Assembly (NCBI GenBank): GCA_036402735.1
Contig: DASWSH010000212.1
Span: 1 to 49,695 of the forward strand
Reading direction: 5' to 3'
DNA length: 49,695 nt
Source: Solirubrobacteraceae bacterium
GTDB taxonomy: Bacteria; Actinomycetota; Thermoleophilia; Solirubrobacterales; Solirubrobacteraceae
Below are positions 35,823 to 45,467 of this stretch, in pieces. A model generated the notes under the pieces. It ran no database searches, was not told the DNA's origin, and worked only from the letters and a program-made list of their open reading frames with translations. The position numbers and the translations under genes were made by a program. Each line of letters begins with the position of its first letter. Position 1 is the first letter of the stretch.

Positions 35823-37256
35823 ATGAGCGGTGCCGCTCCCGAGCCTCTGGCAGCAACCGACGCGCTCGGCGTGGTCGAGGAGGCGCGCGCGCGCAGCGCC
35901 GAGACGCTGCCGCTGGCCTCGCGGCACCTCGACCCGTCGCTGGTCGACGTGCTCGGGATCCTCGGCTTCGACCGCAGCTATACGCGCGCGAGCGGCTCCT
36001 ACCTCTACGACGAGGACGGTCGCGCGCACCTCGACATGCACACGGGCGAGGGCTTCGCCAGCATCGGCCACAACCATCCGGACGTGCGCGAGGTGCTCGA
36101 GGCGACGCTCGCCGCGGAGCTGCTCGACGGCGTGCAGATCCACTACTCGCCGCTGGCGGGGATGCTCGCGCAGGAGCTGTGTGAGCTGCTTCCGGGCCCG
36201 TTGGAGGCGGTGTTCTTCGCCAGCACCGGCGCGGAGGCGGTGGACTCGGCGATGAAGTTCGCGCGCGCCGCCACGGGCCGCCCGAGGTTGATCTCGTGCG
36301 AGAGCTCGTTTCACGGCGTAACGATGGGGCCTCTCTCGCTGGTGGGCGACGACTTCTTCAAGGAGGGCTTCGGGCCGCTGCTGCCCGGCGCCGCGCGCGT
36401 CCCGTTCGGCGATCTCGAGCGGCTGGAGGCGGAGCTGAGCCGCGGCGACGTGGCGGCGTTCTTCGTCGAGCCCGTGCAGGGCAGGGAGGTGACGCTGCCG
36501 CCGCCGCGCTACCTGCGCGCGGCGCAGGAGCTGTGCAGGCGCCACGGCACGCTGCTCGTGCTCGATGAGATCCAGACGGGGCTCGGCCGCACCGGCCGCT
36601 GGTTCGCGCTGGAGCACTGGGGGCTCGAGCCGGATTTCGTGCTGGTCGGCAAGGCGCTCAGCGGCGGCTACATGCCGGTCGCGGCGATGGTCACCACGCG
36701 CGCGATCTACCAGCGCGCGGTCGGCACGCTGGAGCGCTGCTACGTGCACCAGTCGACCTACGGGCGCAACCGCCTGTCGATGGCCGCGGGCCTGGCGACG
36801 CTGCGCGTGATCGCACGCGACGGCCTCGTTGCCCACGCGGCGCACATCGGAACCGTGCTGCTCGACGGCCTGAGTGAGATCGCGCGCCGGCGCGCGATGA
36901 TCAAGGAGGTGCGCGCCAGCGGCCTGATGATCGGCATCGAGCTGGGTATGCCTCCCAGCCGCGTCGCGAAGCTCAACTGGCGGCTGATCCACATGGCCAG
37001 CGCGGGCCTGTTCCCGCAGCTCGTGGTGATCCCGCTGCACCGCGACCACGGCGTGATCACGATGGCGGCGGGCAAGAACGACGTGATCAAGCTGCTGCCG
37101 CCGCTGACGCTGTCCGAGCGCGAGGCGGGCGAGTTCCTGGAGGCGTTCGATGCGGTGCTGGCCGACTGCGAAGGCGCGGGCGGGAAGAACTGGGCAGTCG
37201 TGCGTGACATCGCGATCGCCACGCTGCGCCGCCGTTCACGCACCGGCGCAAGGTGA
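35823..37256 (+). CDS. Class III PLP aminotransferase (HpnO-like)
   Basis: GHNHP, STGAEAVDSAMK, SFHG, EPVQG, DEIQTGLGRTG, GKALSGG. Confidence 0.9.
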   Translation: MSGAAPEPLAATDALGVVEEARARSAETLPLASRHLDPSLVDVLGILGFDRSYTRASGSYLYDEDGRAHLDMHTGEGFASIGHNHPDVREVLEATLAAELLDGVQIHYSPLAGMLAQELCELLPGPLEAVFFASTGAEAVDSAMKFARAATGRPRLISCESSFHGVTMGPLSLVGDDFFKEGFGPLLPGAARVPFGDLERLEAELSRGDVAAFFVEPVQGREVTLPPPRYLRAAQELCRRHGTLLVLDEIQTGLGRTGRWFALEHWGLEPDFVLVGKALSGGYMPVAAMVTTRAIYQRAVGTLERCYVHQSTYGRNRLSMAAGLATLRVIARDGLVAHAAHIGTVLLDGLSEIARRRAMIKEVRASGLMIGIELGMPPSRVAKLNWRLIHMASAGLFPQLVVIPLHRDHGVITMAAGKNDVIKLLPPLTLSEREAGEFLEAFDAVLADCEGAGGKNWAVVRDIAIATLRRRSRTGAR

Positions 37257-38260
37257 GCGAGCAGCCCACGCTGCTGACGGGGGCGACGGGCTTCATCGGC
37301 GGCCGCCTGGCGGAGCGGCTGGCCGGCGAAGGCCGGCCGCTGCGATGCCTCGTGCGGTCCGGCAGCGACACCGCGGCGCTGCGCGCACTCGGCGCTCAGC
37401 TGAGCGAAGGCGACCTGCGCGTGCCGCGCTCGCTGGCGGATGCCGCGGCCGGCTGCGCGCGCGTGGTGCACTGCGCCGCGCTCGTGTCCGACTGGGCGAC
37501 CGTGGCCGAGATCCGCGCGGTGAACGTTCGTGGCACGGCGGCGCTGCTCGACGCCGCGCGGACGACCGGCGTGCGGCATTTCGTGCATCTCAGCAGCACC
37601 GACATATACGGGCATCCGGGGACAGCGGACGTCGAGGAGACGTTCGCCCCCGCGCGCTTCGCGAACTGGTACTCGCGCTCGAAGCTCGAAGCGGAGCGGC
37701 TGGTGCTGGCTGCGGGCGACGCCGGCGAGCTGGAGACGTCGGTGCTGCGCCCCGCGACCGTATACGGCCCCGGCTCTCGCGAGGTCGTGCTGGCGATCGC
37801 GCGCGCGCTGCGGCGCGGGCACATGCTGCTTATCGACGGCGGGCGCCACGTGGCGGGGCTCTGCCACGTCGAGAACGCCGTCGACTTCATCGTCGCCGCA
37901 CTCGAGCAGCCGGCGTCGGCGCGTGGCGCGTTCAACCTCAGCGACGGCCTGGACGTGAGCTGGCGGCGCTTCACCGACGATCTCGCCGCCGGCCTCGGCT
38001 GCGCGCCGGCGCGGCTGAGCCTGCCCTACCGTGCGGCGGCGGCGCTTGCGTTCGCGCTGGAGCACGGCTACAGGGCGCTGCGCCGCGCGAGCGGGCTGCA
38101 CCTCGCGCCGCTGCTCTCGCGCCAGGCCGTGCAGGTGCTGGGCGTGGAGCAGAGCTTCAGCAGCCGCCGCGCGCGCGAGCGGCTCGGCTGGCAGCCCCGC
38201 GTCGGCTACGCGGAAGGCCTCGCGCAGACGCTCGAGTGGCTGCGGCGCGAGCTGGTGTGA
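37253..38260 (+). CDS. NAD-dependent epimerase/dehydratase (3-beta-HSD/HpnA-like)
   Basis: LTGATGFIG, VHCAA, YSRSK, LRPATVYGP; GTGA coupling to the aminotransferase. Confidence 0.9.
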   Translation: MSEQPTLLTGATGFIGGRLAERLAGEGRPLRCLVRSGSDTAALRALGAQLSEGDLRVPRSLADAAAGCARVVHCAALVSDWATVAEIRAVNVRGTAALLDAARTTGVRHFVHLSSTDIYGHPGTADVEETFAPARFANWYSRSKLEAERLVLAAGDAGELETSVLRPATVYGPGSREVVLAIARALRRGHMLLIDGGRHVAGLCHVENAVDFIVAALEQPASARGAFNLSDGLDVSWRRFTDDLAAGLGCAPARLSLPYRAAAALAFALEHGYRALRRASGLHLAPLLSRQAVQVLGVEQSFSSRRARERLGWQPRVGYAEGLAQTLEWLRRELV

Positions 38261-38288
38261 CACCACTGCGCGAGGCTACGATCGGCCG

Positions 38289-39209
38289 ATGAGCGCTCTG
38301 CGGCGCCAGCAGATCGTCTCCCCCGGTGGCGAGCTGCACGCGCAGTTCGTGCCCGAGGCGGGAATGGTGTGCTGCTCCTTGCGCCGCGGCGAACGCGAGC
38401 TGCTCGCGCCCGGCGCCGGCATCGACGCCTACGCCGAGCGCGGCGCGACGATGGGGATACCGCTGCTGTACCCGTGGGCGAACCGCCTCGCCGGCTACAC
38501 ATACGAGGCCGCCGGTCGCCGCGTGAGCCTGCCGCGCGATTCGCCGTTGCTGGCGCGCGACCCGAACGGCCTGCCGATCCACGGCGTGATCCCCGGCAGG
38601 CTGCACTGGCAGACGGCTGCGGACGCTCCTTCCTCGAGCATCGCCGCCTCGCTGAGCTGGGATCAGCCCGAGCTGCTCGAGCTGTTCCCGTTCCCCCACA
38701 GGTTGAGCTATGAGGCGACGCTGAGCGACGAGGCGCTGCGGATCGCGGTCACCGTGCACGCCGACGCCGGGCCGGTGCCGGTGTCGTTCGGCTTCCATCC
38801 ATACCTCGCGCTCGCGCCGGGCGCTCGCGCGCATGCCGAGGTCGAGCTGCCGGTCAGCAGCCGGCTGGTGCTCGACGATCGCATGATCCCGACCGGCGAG
38901 ACAGTCGCGTTCGCGCCGGGACGCCACGCCCTGGGCGAGCGTGACTGGGACGACGCGTTTGCGGGGCCCGAGCCGCCGGCGACCGTCGCGGTGCTGGCCG
39001 GGCGCGAGCGAACCGAGCTCGAGTTCGAGCAGGGCTACCGCTGCTCGCAGCTGTACTCGCCGCGCAAGGCGGGCTTCGTCTGCGTCGAGCCGATGACGGC
39101 GCCGGCGAACGCCCTCGTCTCCGCCCGCGCGCCGGTGCTGGCGAGCGGCGCGAGCTTCCGCGCGTCGTTCAGCGTCAGGCCGGCACGAGCTGTGGCGGAC
39201 AGCTCCTGA
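38289..39209 (+). CDS. Aldose 1-epimerase family protein
   Basis: GIPLLYPWANRL, IHG, FPFPH, FGFHPY, CVEPMT. Confidence 0.9.
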   Translation: MSALRRQQIVSPGGELHAQFVPEAGMVCCSLRRGERELLAPGAGIDAYAERGATMGIPLLYPWANRLAGYTYEAAGRRVSLPRDSPLLARDPNGLPIHGVIPGRLHWQTAADAPSSSIAASLSWDQPELLELFPFPHRLSYEATLSDEALRIAVTVHADAGPVPVSFGFHPYLALAPGARAHAEVELPVSSRLVLDDRMIPTGETVAFAPGRHALGERDWDDAFAGPEPPATVAVLAGRERTELEFEQGYRCSQLYSPRKAGFVCVEPMTAPANALVSARAPVLASGASFRASFSVRPARAVADSS

Positions 39210-39224
39210 GCGCGAGCAGCGGGC

Positions 39225-40445
39225 TCAGGCCGCGCGCTCGGGGTGGCGGATCCGCTGGCGCGCGTCGGTGTAGCGGCGCACCTCGTAGACGAGCATCCCG
39301 CACACCAGCACCGTCACGATCGCGAGCGCGAGCAGCGCCGGCACCAGCGTCATCAGCGGCGTGATCGTCAGCAGCGTGCCGCCCACGACCAGGCGCGGGC
39401 GGTTGAAGGAGCCGACATTGCGGCGCTTGAAGGCGCTCAGCGCGAGAAGGTATGCGGCCACGCCGCCGCACAGCGCCGTTGCCGGCACGGCCGCCAGGTG
39501 CGCGTCCATCTGCGGAATCGTGCGCTTCACGCCGATCGCGAACACGACGATGCCGGCAATCATCGGCAGGTGCAGGTAGGTGTAGGAGTCGCGTGCCATC
39601 AGCGCCTGCGCGTCGTCACGCGCGCTGCGCAGCCGGCGCTCGGCGACCAGCGCCACGACGTCGAAGTACGCCCACCACAACGCGGCGGCGACGGCGAGGC
39701 CGAGCAGTGCCGCGGCGATCACCCCGACTTCGAGCGGCACCCGGTCAGCGCCGACGCCCAGCGAGACGATCGTCTCGCCGAGCGCGATGATCACGATCTG
39801 GCTGTGTCGCTCGGCGAAATGGCCCGGCGTGATGCGCCAGCCCTCGACGCCGCGGACCATGATCCCGCCATAGTCGACGAGCAGCGCGAGCGCCCACAGG
39901 ACAGCCCGCAGCGTCCCGGAGGCGGCGCCGGCCACCACCAGCAGCACGGCCGCGGGCATCGTCGTGCTGGCCAGGCGTGCGACCACGCGCTGCAGTTGCT
40001 CGTCGTGCTCGGTGCGTGCCACGCTCGCGTAGGTGCCGACGTGGAAGGCGCGCACCGCGAAGTAGGCGAGACCGAAGATCAGCCCGTCCGAGCCGAAGGC
40101 GTGTGGCACGGCCAGCGAGGCGATCAGCATCGCGCCCATTGCACCCAGCAACGGCAGGCGCATGCGCCCCTCCTCGGCATCCGCGGTGTTGCCGAGCCAC
40201 GCGTAGCCCGACCATGCGAACCACAGCACCGCGAGGATCGCGAGTCCCTCGAGCAGCCTCGTCCAGGTCGGGTCGCTGCTGACGAAGCCGGTGACCTGGG
40301 TCAGCGCGAACACGAACACGAGGTCGAAGAACAGCTCCAGCGACGTGACGCGCTTCTCGTCCTCTTGACCCGGCTGCGCCGGCGCGATCTCCGGCGCGAG
40401 ACGCTGCTCGGCGCTCTCCGGTGCTTGTCGGGTCGTCTCGTGCAT
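39225..40445 (-). CDS. ltrA: Low temperature requirement protein A family membrane protein (second copy)
   Basis: VTSLELFFDLVFVFALTQVT, HFAERHSQIVIIALGE, YTYLHLPMIAGI. Confidence 0.92.
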   Translation of the reverse strand: MHETTRQAPESAEQRLAPEIAPAQPGQEDEKRVTSLELFFDLVFVFALTQVTGFVSSDPTWTRLLEGLAILAVLWFAWSGYAWLGNTADAEEGRMRLPLLGAMGAMLIASLAVPHAFGSDGLIFGLAYFAVRAFHVGTYASVARTEHDEQLQRVVARLASTTMPAAVLLVVAGAASGTLRAVLWALALLVDYGGIMVRGVEGWRITPGHFAERHSQIVIIALGETIVSLGVGADRVPLEVGVIAAALLGLAVAAALWWAYFDVVALVAERRLRSARDDAQALMARDSYTYLHLPMIAGIVVFAIGVKRTIPQMDAHLAAVPATALCGGVAAYLLALSAFKRRNVGSFNRPRLVVGGTLLTITPLMTLVPALLALAIVTVLVCGMLVYEVRRYTDARQRIRHPERAA

Positions 40446-40520
40446 GGGCGCCGGCCTGCTGGCAGGAGTGTGGCAGCCCCGCGGAGCGCGGTCTCAGGCG
40501 CGCGGCTTAGACTCGCCACG

Positions 40521-42680
40521 ATGGCACTCCTGAGGAGTTGGCTGCCGCGCCGCTCGCGGCCGGCGCTGCTTCGCGCGCTGCGCGCCACGATCGTGGTCGC
40601 GGGGCTGTTCGCGCTTTGCCAGGAAGCGATCGGCAACGTGCAGATGGCGACCTTCGCGGCCTTCGGCGGCTTCGCAACGCTCGTGCTGAGCTCGTTTCAG
40701 GGCACGCGACGCGATCGCCTGCTCGCGCACGCGGCGCTCGCCGTCGTCGGCAGCGTGCTGCTGAGCATCGGCACAGCCGTCAGCTCCAGCACGTTGCTGG
40801 CAGCGCTCGTCACGGTGCCGGTCACGTTCCTGGTGTTCTTCACCGGCGTGACGGGGCCGAACGCCGCATCGGGCGCGTTCGGCGCGATGCTCGCGTACGT
40901 GCTTCCCGCCGCCTCGCCCGGCACGCTCTCGATGATCCCCGACCGCCTGGCGGGCTGGTGGCTCGCCAGCGTCGCCGGCACCGCCGCGGTCCTGCTGGTG
41001 CAGGCGCCGTCGCCGGCCGGTGCGCTGCGCGGCGCCGTCTCGCGCGCCGCGCTGGCAATCGCCGCGGAGATCGATGCGGCCCTGCGCGGCGACCGCGACG
41101 AGCACGCGCTGAGGGACTGCGTGAGCGCGAAGGACGAGCTGATGTCCGTGTTCAACGCGACGCCCTACCGGCCGCTCGGCTTGGCGGCGCCCGATCAGGC
41201 GCTCGCCGACGTCGTCGAGCTGCTCGAGTGGTGCAGCACGCTCGTCGTCGACGCTGTGCGCGAGCAGCATGACCTCGCCGGGGCGGGAGCCGCCGATCGC
41301 GAGTTGCTGGAGGTGTCTGCGGAGGTGCTGCGAGACACCGCGGATCTGTTCGCGGGCGCCCGTGCGATGCCCGACCTGGACCGGCTCGATCGCTGCCGCG
41401 AGCAGAGCCTGCGCGCGGCTGCGCGGCTCGAGCCGGGAGCGCCGGGCTTCGAGCGCGACGCGCAGATCTCCTTCCACGCCCACGCGATCGCGGTGGCCGT
41501 GCTCGCGGCGGGTGCGGAGGCGCTGGTCGCCGAGCGTCTCGCGGACGTGCACGAGGTGGAGCGGCGCCTGCGCCGCTTCGCGACGCCCGCAGCGCTGCCG
41601 GAACGTGCGCGTCGCGCGCCGCGGCTGCGCAGGGCGGCGGTGCTGGCCAGCCGGCATGCAAGCGTTCGCTCGGTGTGGTTCATCAACAGCCTACGTGCGG
41701 CGGTTGCGCTCGCGGCGGCGGTCGCGATCGCGGACGTGAGCAGTGTGCAGCACGGCTTCTGGGTGGTGCTCGGCACGCTGTCGGTGCTGCGCGCCAGCGC
41801 CTCGGCGACCGGCGCGACCGCGCTGCGTGCGCTCGGCGGGACCGCGCTCGGCTTCTTCCTCGGCGGCGCCCTTCTGCTGGCGGTCGGAGCGAACTCGACG
41901 GCATTGTGGCTCGTGCTTCCCGCCGCGATCTTCGTGGCTGCCTACGCGCCGGGCACGGCGCCGTTCGTGGTGGGCCAGGCCGCGTTCACGGTGATGGTCG
42001 GCGTGCTCTTCAACCTGCTCGCGCCGGTCGGCTGGAAGGTCGGCGTACTGCGCGTCGAGGACGTCGCGATCGGCTGCGGCGTGAGCCTGCTCGTCGGCTG
42101 CCTGCTGTGGCCGCGCGGCGTTGCAGCGGTCGTCGCCGACGACCTCGCCGACGCGTTCCGCTCGGGCGCCGCGTTCCTGCACCAAGCGGTGCTGTGGGCG
42201 GCCGGCCGGCGCGAGGACGAGCCGGACCTGGCGCCGGTCGCCACAACGGCTGCGTTGCGCCTGGACGACGCGCTGCGCGGGCTGCTGGCCGACCAGGGAA
42301 CGAAGCGGATATCCGAGCAGGAGCTGTGGCGTCTGGTCGGCGGCACGCTGCGCCTGCGCCTCACCGCATACGCGGTCGCGCGCCTGCCTCCCGAGCCCGG
42401 TGCGCTCAGCGATGCGCACGGGCCGCTCGAACGGCGCTCCGCGCTGCTCGTCGCGTTCTACATGCGACTGGCGGAGCTGCTGGACACCTCGCGTGGGGAT
42501 GTCCCGCCGGCACTGGAGCTGCCGACGTTCGGCCCGGACACGGTCGTGCACGCCGGCTCAGGCTCGCGTTACGCGGTCTGGCTGTGCGAGCACCTCGATC
42601 ACCTCGCCGAGCACCTCGACGAGCTGAGCGCGCCCGCCGTGCGGGTGGCGCGGCTGCGCCGCCAGCCGTGGTGGCGCTGA
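40521..42680 (+). CDS. FUSC family membrane protein
   Basis: ATFAAFGGFATL; NSLRAAVALA..QHGFWVVLGTLSVLR..RALGGT..LRVEDVAIG; TAGACT 7 nt before ATG. Confidence 0.88.
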   Translation: MALLRSWLPRRSRPALLRALRATIVVAGLFALCQEAIGNVQMATFAAFGGFATLVLSSFQGTRRDRLLAHAALAVVGSVLLSIGTAVSSSTLLAALVTVPVTFLVFFTGVTGPNAASGAFGAMLAYVLPAASPGTLSMIPDRLAGWWLASVAGTAAVLLVQAPSPAGALRGAVSRAALAIAAEIDAALRGDRDEHALRDCVSAKDELMSVFNATPYRPLGLAAPDQALADVVELLEWCSTLVVDAVREQHDLAGAGAADRELLEVSAEVLRDTADLFAGARAMPDLDRLDRCREQSLRAAARLEPGAPGFERDAQISFHAHAIAVAVLAAGAEALVAERLADVHEVERRLRRFATPAALPERARRAPRLRRAAVLASRHASVRSVWFINSLRAAVALAAAVAIADVSSVQHGFWVVLGTLSVLRASASATGATALRALGGTALGFFLGGALLLAVGANSTALWLVLPAAIFVAAYAPGTAPFVVGQAAFTVMVGVLFNLLAPVGWKVGVLRVEDVAIGCGVSLLVGCLLWPRGVAAVVADDLADAFRSGAAFLHQAVLWAAGRREDEPDLAPVATTAALRLDDALRGLLADQGTKRISEQELWRLVGGTLRLRLTAYAVARLPPEPGALSDAHGPLERRSALLVAFYMRLAELLDTSRGDVPPALELPTFGPDTVVHAGSGSRYAVWLCEHLDHLAEHLDELSAPAVRVARLRRQPWWR

Positions 42681-42684
42681 AGAG

Positions 42685-42739
42685 CGGCTCAGAGCAACCG
42701 GCACGTGCGAACGGCTCAGAGCAAGTCGGCGCGGGCGAA
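42685..42739. repeat. Imperfect tandem duplication of the FkbM gene 3' end
   Basis: CGGCTCAGAGCAA identical at 42685 and 42712, each followed by CGGCxCGxGCGAA. Confidence 0.6.
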
Positions 42740-43420
42740 CGTCAGCTTCACGGCCGGACGGCAGGCGACGGGCTCATAGCCCTGATCGCGCAGTCCCGCG
42801 ACGAGCCTGCGCGCGCCGCCGATCGAGCCGGTGTGATGCAGCTGCGTCGCGAAGAGCTTCACGCCCAGCGCGCGCAGGTCGAGCGCCGGGATCACCTCGT
42901 ACTCGCCGCCCTCGATGTCCAGCTTGAACAGGTCGATGCGCTCGTCGCCCAGCTGCGCCATCAGCGAAGCGACGCTGCGGCCGGGCAGCTCGATGTAGCG
43001 CTCGGACTGGTAAAGGCCGGCCGAGGAGACGGAGCGGCTCTGCTCGTCGTGGGTGACCTGCATGCGCAGCGGCCCGTCGGCCACCGCGATCGCCGCGTGG
43101 TGCGCGGAGAAGCGCGGCTCCTGCGCCGCCTTCGCGTTCGCCTCCTGCACGTACCCCTCGACCGCGTCGAACGCCCGCACCGTCGCGCCGTGGCGCTCGA
43201 TCAGCGCGAGGTCGAAGCTGATGTCGCCGCCGGCGCCGACCGTGTAACAGGTCCAGCCCTCGCCGATCAGCCCCTCGGGAACGGTCCAGCCGCCGTAGGC
43301 GGTGCCGAGGTCCGCCAGCCCCGGCGCGGCTCGCAGCGGCGTGCGCGAGAGCACCTGCTCGAACGCACGTCGCGAGAGGGCTGCACGCAGCTTCGCGGGG
43401 CGCAGCTTGCGCAGATCCAT
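42716..43420 (-). CDS. FkbM family SAM-dependent methyltransferase
   Basis: LGTAYGGW, YTVGAGGDISFD, IDLFKLDIEGGEY; TACCGT 7 nt before ATG 43420. Confidence 0.88.
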   Translation of the reverse strand: MDLRKLRPAKLRAALSRRAFEQVLSRTPLRAAPGLADLGTAYGGWTVPEGLIGEGWTCYTVGAGGDISFDLALIERHGATVRAFDAVEGYVQEANAKAAQEPRFSAHHAAIAVADGPLRMQVTHDEQSRSVSSAGLYQSERYIELPGRSVASLMAQLGDERIDLFKLDIEGGEYEVIPALDLRALGVKLFATQLHHTGSIGGARRLVAGLRDQGYEPVACRPAVKLTFARADLL

Positions 43421-43460
43421 TGCGCGCACGGTAGCGGCCGGAGCGGCCGCACGGAACCGG

Positions 43461-43859
43461 CTAATCGCCGGCCTGCTGCTCGATCTCCACGCGATCGCGA
43501 TAGAAGGCGAGGTGGCCCTCGATCTGCGAGACGGCGTCGTAGGGGCTGCGGTACTCCCACACGGCGTTCGCGCCGACCGGGCCCAGCGCGGGGACGTCGT
43601 AGTAGGACGCGTCGCCCTTGAACGGGCAGTAGCTCGTGTGGTCGCTGCGCTCGAGCAGCGCCTGGTCGACATCGCGCACGGGGATGTACTGCACCGGCGG
43701 GTAATCTGCCTCGCGCAGCGTCAGCGCCGCACTGGTATCGGCGAGCACGCGCCCGGCCGCGCGAACGATCACGCGCGCCGGGTTCGGCTCGATCGTGATC
43801 GGGTGATCCGGCCCGGGGTGCTTGACCGGCTTGCTCGCTGTCGTCTGCTCGCTCGACAT
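43461..43859 (-). CDS. DUF427 domain-containing protein
   Basis: PGPDHPITIEP..LREADYPPVQYIP..SYCPFKGDASYY..AVWEY..LAFY; AAGGAG SD. Confidence 0.92.
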   Translation of the reverse strand: MSSEQTTASKPVKHPGPDHPITIEPNPARVIVRAAGRVLADTSAALTLREADYPPVQYIPVRDVDQALLERSDHTSYCPFKGDASYYDVPALGPVGANAVWEYRSPYDAVSQIEGHLAFYRDRVEIEQQAGD

Positions 43860-43927
43860 CAGCTGCTCCTTGCTCTCGGGGGAGACTCCACATCTAGCGT
43901 GACCGCGGTCCGCTTTCAAGGCCGCCC

Positions 43928-44743
43928 TCAGCCGACGACACGCTCCGGCGCGGTGTACACGTTGACGCGGCCGGCACGCGCGAAGCCGCACAGCGTCAGC
44001 CCCGAACTTGCGGCGAGCTCGATCGCGAGCGAGCTGGGCGCGCCCACTCCGACGAGCAGCGGCGCGCCCGCGACAGCCGCCTTCTGCACGAGCTCGAAGG
44101 AGAGACGCCCACTCACGCACAGCAGCCGCCCGTGCAGGGGCAGCAGCCCTGTGAGCATCGCCCAGCCGATCACCTTGTCCATCGCGTTGTGGCGGCCCAC
44201 GTCCTCGCGCACGCACAGCAGCTCGCCCTGTGCGTCGAACAGTCCGGTGGCGTGCAGGCCGCCCGTGCGCGCGAAGCCCGGCTGGATGAGCCGCTCGGGC
44301 AGCTCGGCCAGGAGCCCGCGCTCGAGCACCGGGCCGGGTGCCGCCGGCTCGGCGTGCACCGCGACCTCCTCGATCGCGCCGCGCCCGCACACGCCACAGG
44401 AGGAGCTGGTGTAGAAGCGTCTGGGCGCGAGCTCGCGCGCGAGCGGGCCCGCCACCTCGACGATGTTGCCGGCGAGGTCCTCGGTGAGGCCGACCGGCAC
44501 GGCCTCACCGATCAGCCCCTCGCCATGCAGGAACCCGAGCGCCAGCTCCTCGTCGTGGCCCGGCGTGCGCATCGTCACCGCCACCGGCTCACCGTCGACG
44601 CGGATCTCCAGCGGCTCCTCGACGGCGACGGTGTCGCGCACGCCGTCGTCACGCAGGACGGACGTGACCGCCGCGGTCGCCCCGGTCAGCGGCGCGCCGG
44701 GCGCCGGCAGGCGGTCTCGCGGGGTCGGTGGCGGTGCGGACAT
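43928..44743 (-). CDS. fdhD: Formate dehydrogenase accessory sulfurtransferase
   Basis: VEEPLEIRV..TMRTPGHD, SSCGVCG, TGGLHA, REDVGRHNAMDK, SGRLSFELVQK. Confidence 0.95.
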   Translation of the reverse strand: MSAPPPTPRDRLPAPGAPLTGATAAVTSVLRDDGVRDTVAVEEPLEIRVDGEPVAVTMRTPGHDEELALGFLHGEGLIGEAVPVGLTEDLAGNIVEVAGPLARELAPRRFYTSSSCGVCGRGAIEEVAVHAEPAAPGPVLERGLLAELPERLIQPGFARTGGLHATGLFDAQGELLCVREDVGRHNAMDKVIGWAMLTGLLPLHGRLLCVSGRLSFELVQKAAVAGAPLLVGVGAPSSLAIELAASSGLTLCGFARAGRVNVYTAPERVVG

Positions 44744-45017
44744 GGCGCCCGCTCACCGTAGCCTGTCGAGCCGCCGCAGGATTCCGAACACGACACCGCG
44801 CTCGCAGCGGCGAAGCTCGACCGTGAACCACAGCTGCTGCCGTGGCACGGTGCGCCTGCGCCAGCGACGGGTGAAACCGTCACCCGTCCCTGGACCCTAC
44901 CGACCCCACCGGCGGCACAACAGAGCGTGACGGTTCTCCCTCTCAGAGGTCATTGGGTGAAACTGACACCCGGAGTGAACATCTGTAACGGTTTCGGTCA
45001 AGCCGTACCGGTGCGAG

Positions 45018-45050
45018 ACGCCGCCCGAGCCACTACGACGCGGGCGGCGT
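45018..45050 (-). terminator. Hairpin downstream of 45066-45467
   Basis: Perfect ACGCCGCCCG-N13-CGGGCGGCGT ending 15 nt past the stop codon. Confidence 0.55.
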
Positions 45051-45065
45051 ACAGAGCGACTGCGC

Positions 45066-45467
45066 TCACGGCACTTCTGTCGGTTCCGTCGGGCAGCCCA
45101 GCGGCGGGTAGGCGTTTTCCTTCGTCCATTTGCCGCTTGCGAGAGCGGAGACCCATTCGCCGGCATTGGCGGCGATCACGAGTGGCAGCGTCGGCGCTTC
45201 GACCACGTTCATCCGTGTCACATGCCGGCCGCGACCTTTCGTGTTCTGTTCAATGCGGATTTTCAGGCGGCGCGCGCCGGCAGGAATCGACGTGACTTCC
45301 AAACCGCCCGGAACGACATGCGCCTGGACGGATTCGCCCGGACCGCAGGTCCAATACTCCGAGTCAGCTGTCGCCGCGCCGGCTCCGAGTCCAAAAAAGG
45401 CCACCGTAACAATGAGAATTGTGAGAGGTGGAAACGTGCCTGTTGCTTTGCGACTCGTCGGCTCCAT
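45066..45467 (-). CDS. Hypothetical secreted protein
   Basis: Signal-like LTILIVTVAFFGLGAGAATA, two Cys near the ends, GGGGG SD-like element, atypical codon usage. Confidence 0.55.
   Translation of the reverse strand: MEPTSRKATGTFPPLTILIVTVAFFGLGAGAATADSEYWTCGPGESVQAHVVPGGLEVTSIPAGARRLKIRIEQNTKGRGRHVTRMNVVEAPTLPLVIAANAGEWVSALASGKWTKENAYPPLGCPTEPTEVP

Noticed and set aside
34047-37256. Overlapping 1000-aa (-) and 910-aa (+) ORFs suggesting giant fusions
   Set aside because: Each N-terminal half is antisense to the other gene; real starts are near 35699 and 35823.
39243-40520. N-terminal extension making FUSC 1145 aa
   Set aside because: Antisense to ltrA; a leaderless start is evident at 40521.
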